A DNA stretch of 36,390 nucleotides, taken from positions 1-36,390 of the forward strand of contig NW_014039771.1 in assembly GCF_001186125.1 (NCBI RefSeq), in the 5' to 3' direction. Source of the DNA: Sphaeroforma arctica JP610 (taxonomy: Eukaryota). The notes beneath the pieces were generated by a model. The model was not told the origin of the DNA, did not search any database, and saw only the letters and a list, made by a program, of their open reading frames with translations. Numbering within the stretch: position 1 is the first letter of the stretch; each line of letters opens with the position of its first letter. A program made the position numbers and the translations under genes. Shown in pieces: positions 34,323-36,390 of this stretch.

Positions 34323-35223
34323 ATGTCAATAAAATCTTCCCTTCTGCTAGCGGTTGCCTCTATCGTTAATGCAAACGCCCTATCTAAGAATGGTGCTGCT
34401 ACTAGTGCGCCGTCGATGTGCAATCGTGCAAGGTCTAACACTGGTGCAGCTAAGGAAACTAATTGTTCTGGTGCTAAAGTAATATTATCATCGGTGAATG
34501 ACGCGCGCGATGTTGTGACCGCAGGACTTTCAAATCCGAACGTCAAATCCATGGCGTACCCTATCTGTAAGTACAGTGCAGGAAGACCGCCCGGCAGACC
34601 CCAGGATATCCGATTACATCTGGGAAGAAAACGATGATGCGAACGGATATGGAGGTGTCTGGGGTGATCATTGGTTCAACCCAGATGACCTTCTACCAAA
34701 CATATTGCCTATTACGTAGGACATTATGACGAAATACAAAGTTTCGATGCGATCAGCACGGATAATGCTTCACCATCGGACGCAGTGACTGACAATGATT
34801 CCGAAGCCGCAGAACATCACACAGATCAAAGAGTTGATCCACGTTTATGTTGCGTACATGCACGGTATAGTCGATTACGCAAATTCTATTGTTTAGAGGT
34901 GGCTCTGAAAAATCCGTCCTACTACATTCACGAATCGAGTTTGATAGGCAGATTCGATGGCTATATCGTAGAGTCCTTGTTCAATTGGTATCCTTATGAT
35001 ATTGACAACTACAACGGAAGTCCAAACTTGCTGACAGGGTCCAAACCTTTCCAATACGAGGGTACTAATGGTGTGAGTAACTCGAAGTTGCGAGAACGAA
35101 TGAACGAGCAAGGAGTAGATATGGTATACATGGATACCTATGATGGATGGGATGAATATTATGCCAACGATGACGAGTGAATACGACTGCGAAAATGGGG
35201 AAGTACTGAGTGAAGACGAATGA
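34323..35223 (+). pseudogene. Glycoside hydrolase family 114 (endo-alpha-1,4-polygalactosaminidase/Ega3-like) pseudogene with signal peptide
   Basis: Collinear GH114-type blocks in alternating frames: MSIKSSLLLAVASIVNA (signal), PICKYSAG, EDRPAD, GVWGDHWFN, FDAISTDN, YVAYMHGIVDYANSI, LEVALKN, FDGYIVES, GSKPFQYE; about 4-5 frameshifts and a TAG at 34717-34719. Confidence 0.72.
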
Positions 35224-35806
35224 GTTGACAGACACATACGCGACAACAGCCCATTTCTACGCCTATATGCCTTTCCTGGGTTACCCGACATATCAGCGAA
35301 TATACATGCCGCCGCAAGCAGTCGATTGAATATTTTAGATATATTCTTGAAACTACTCGATTGTTTATAATTGCCTGTTGACATATTTTTATTATCGTAT
35401 ACTTGGTGGAGGAATTATATCGATTTGTAGTATTAAACCAGACGGGTGTTGGCACACAATACGGGATGCTTGAATTGTATAGGTGACCTTATCGTCACGA
35501 AAATGTACATGCAACCTTAAATACAAGCGAGCTTATACTCAGTATTAGACTATGCAGTCCACGAACGCAATGTACGAAAACATCATCCCCGAAATCTCTA
35601 CTCTATCGAATATTAGGTGCACATGATCTAGATACTCTAGAATCTGTTCTGCACGTATCCCTCGTACATACGAACAATTACAACCCTAAGCTCAATGTGC
35701 TGAGACATTCGTTTTGTTGTGATTAGGTAGGTAACATTCAGTCAATCAACTTCACCTAGGCTCAGTGCACAGTACCATTTCCCATCCATGGCCGATGCCG
35801 CACGTT

Positions 35807-35933
35807 TTAGTTTATCTTCATATTGAAGGACTTGATTTGAGTCAATTGGTCGAATCCGAACTTGGATAGACTCACACCGCGCCCGGAGTCCTTTACTCCA
35901 GTCCATGCCAGAGCAGGGTCTAGGTAATCGCAC
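35807..35933 (-). CDS. Last coding exon of an aldehyde dehydrogenase; upstream exons lie beyond the window
   Basis: After acceptor catactag| the frame not listed in the ORF track reads (R)CDYLDPALAWTGVKDSGRGVSLSKFGFDQLTQIKSFNMKIN*, the ALDH C-terminal signature (canonical FGG-K-SG-G equivalent) of the NRCDYLDPALAWTG subfamily. Confidence 0.88.
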
Positions 35934-36228
35934 CTAGTATGCACAATGGAGAATGGTTAAGATGCAGTATACATGAAAAAATTCACCAGACAACATTGTG
36001 CACCTCAATTTCTAATGAATCTATTCAGCAAAAAGCAAGTACGACCACGGTGAATGCTCTACACAGCCCCAAAACCACCGAGGCTACTGGGTTTTGGAAA
36101 GAGCATCTCCAGAGAAACTTTCAATCCTACTCGATAATCTCAAGATCACTTCAGACGGTTTCTATCAACAGCCAATATAGTTTTGTATGAAATATTTATT
36201 TAACTATTAATGTTTTGCATGGTGTTTG

Positions 36229-36390
36229 CCATTCGTGTACCTACGTGTGCGCACATTCGTCAAACAACAATACTAGCATATATATTTAAATATGTATTAT
36301 ATATATATACCATTCGTGTACCTACGTGTGCGCACATTCGTCAAACAACAATACTAGCATATATATTTATATATGTATTATATATATATA
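36229..36390. repeat. 81-bp tandem repeat (2 copies visible, 1 mismatch) with (TA)n tail, in ALDH intron
   Basis: ccattcgtgtacctacgtgtgcgcacattcgtcaaacaacaatactagcatata... at 36229-36309 and 36310-36390. Confidence 0.95.

Noticed and set aside
34567..34597. 31-nt GT-AG intron that would repair the first GH114 frameshift
   Set aside because: It would delete the conserved ICKYSAG and EDRP blocks, and later lesions remain anyway.
1..36390. CRISPR array, rRNA or tRNA genes
   Set aside because: No regularly spaced repeat-spacer units, cloverleafs or rRNA-like conserved segments were seen; the sequence is eukaryotic.

Overview
Eukaryotic, intron-rich (GT-AG) genomic DNA with two assembly gaps. 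The mix of an animal-like NRDE2 with fungal/bacterial-type glycoside hydrolases suggests a unicellular opisthokont such as an ichthyosporean, which is a guess only. The gene-dense core (~5.0-25.0 kb) holds a 2-exon single C2H2 zinc-finger factor with a C-terminal eh1-like motif (+), an 8-exon secreted GH88 unsaturated glucuronyl hydrolase (-) and, head-to-head with it, a ~16-exon NRDE2 (+). Both flanks (1-4.7 kb, 25.2-34.0 kb) are transposon debris: a 632-bp Harbinger-type MITE, a 3.8-kb segment bounded by 377/385-bp inverted repeats, a MULE transposase remnant, a possible polymerase relic, and a dispersed repeat family carrying palindromic sites. The right end has a frameshifted GH114 pseudogene and the last exon of an aldehyde dehydrogenase (-). 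The most unusual signal is pervasive 7-8-bp tandem 'stutter' duplication of many unrelated motifs plus short palindromes, confined to the TE-rich zones. One 8-bp duplication can be seen directly as the difference between two otherwise near-identical repeat arms. This may record repeated insertion and excision of an 8-bp-TSD transposon. All calls were made by eye; no searches were run.
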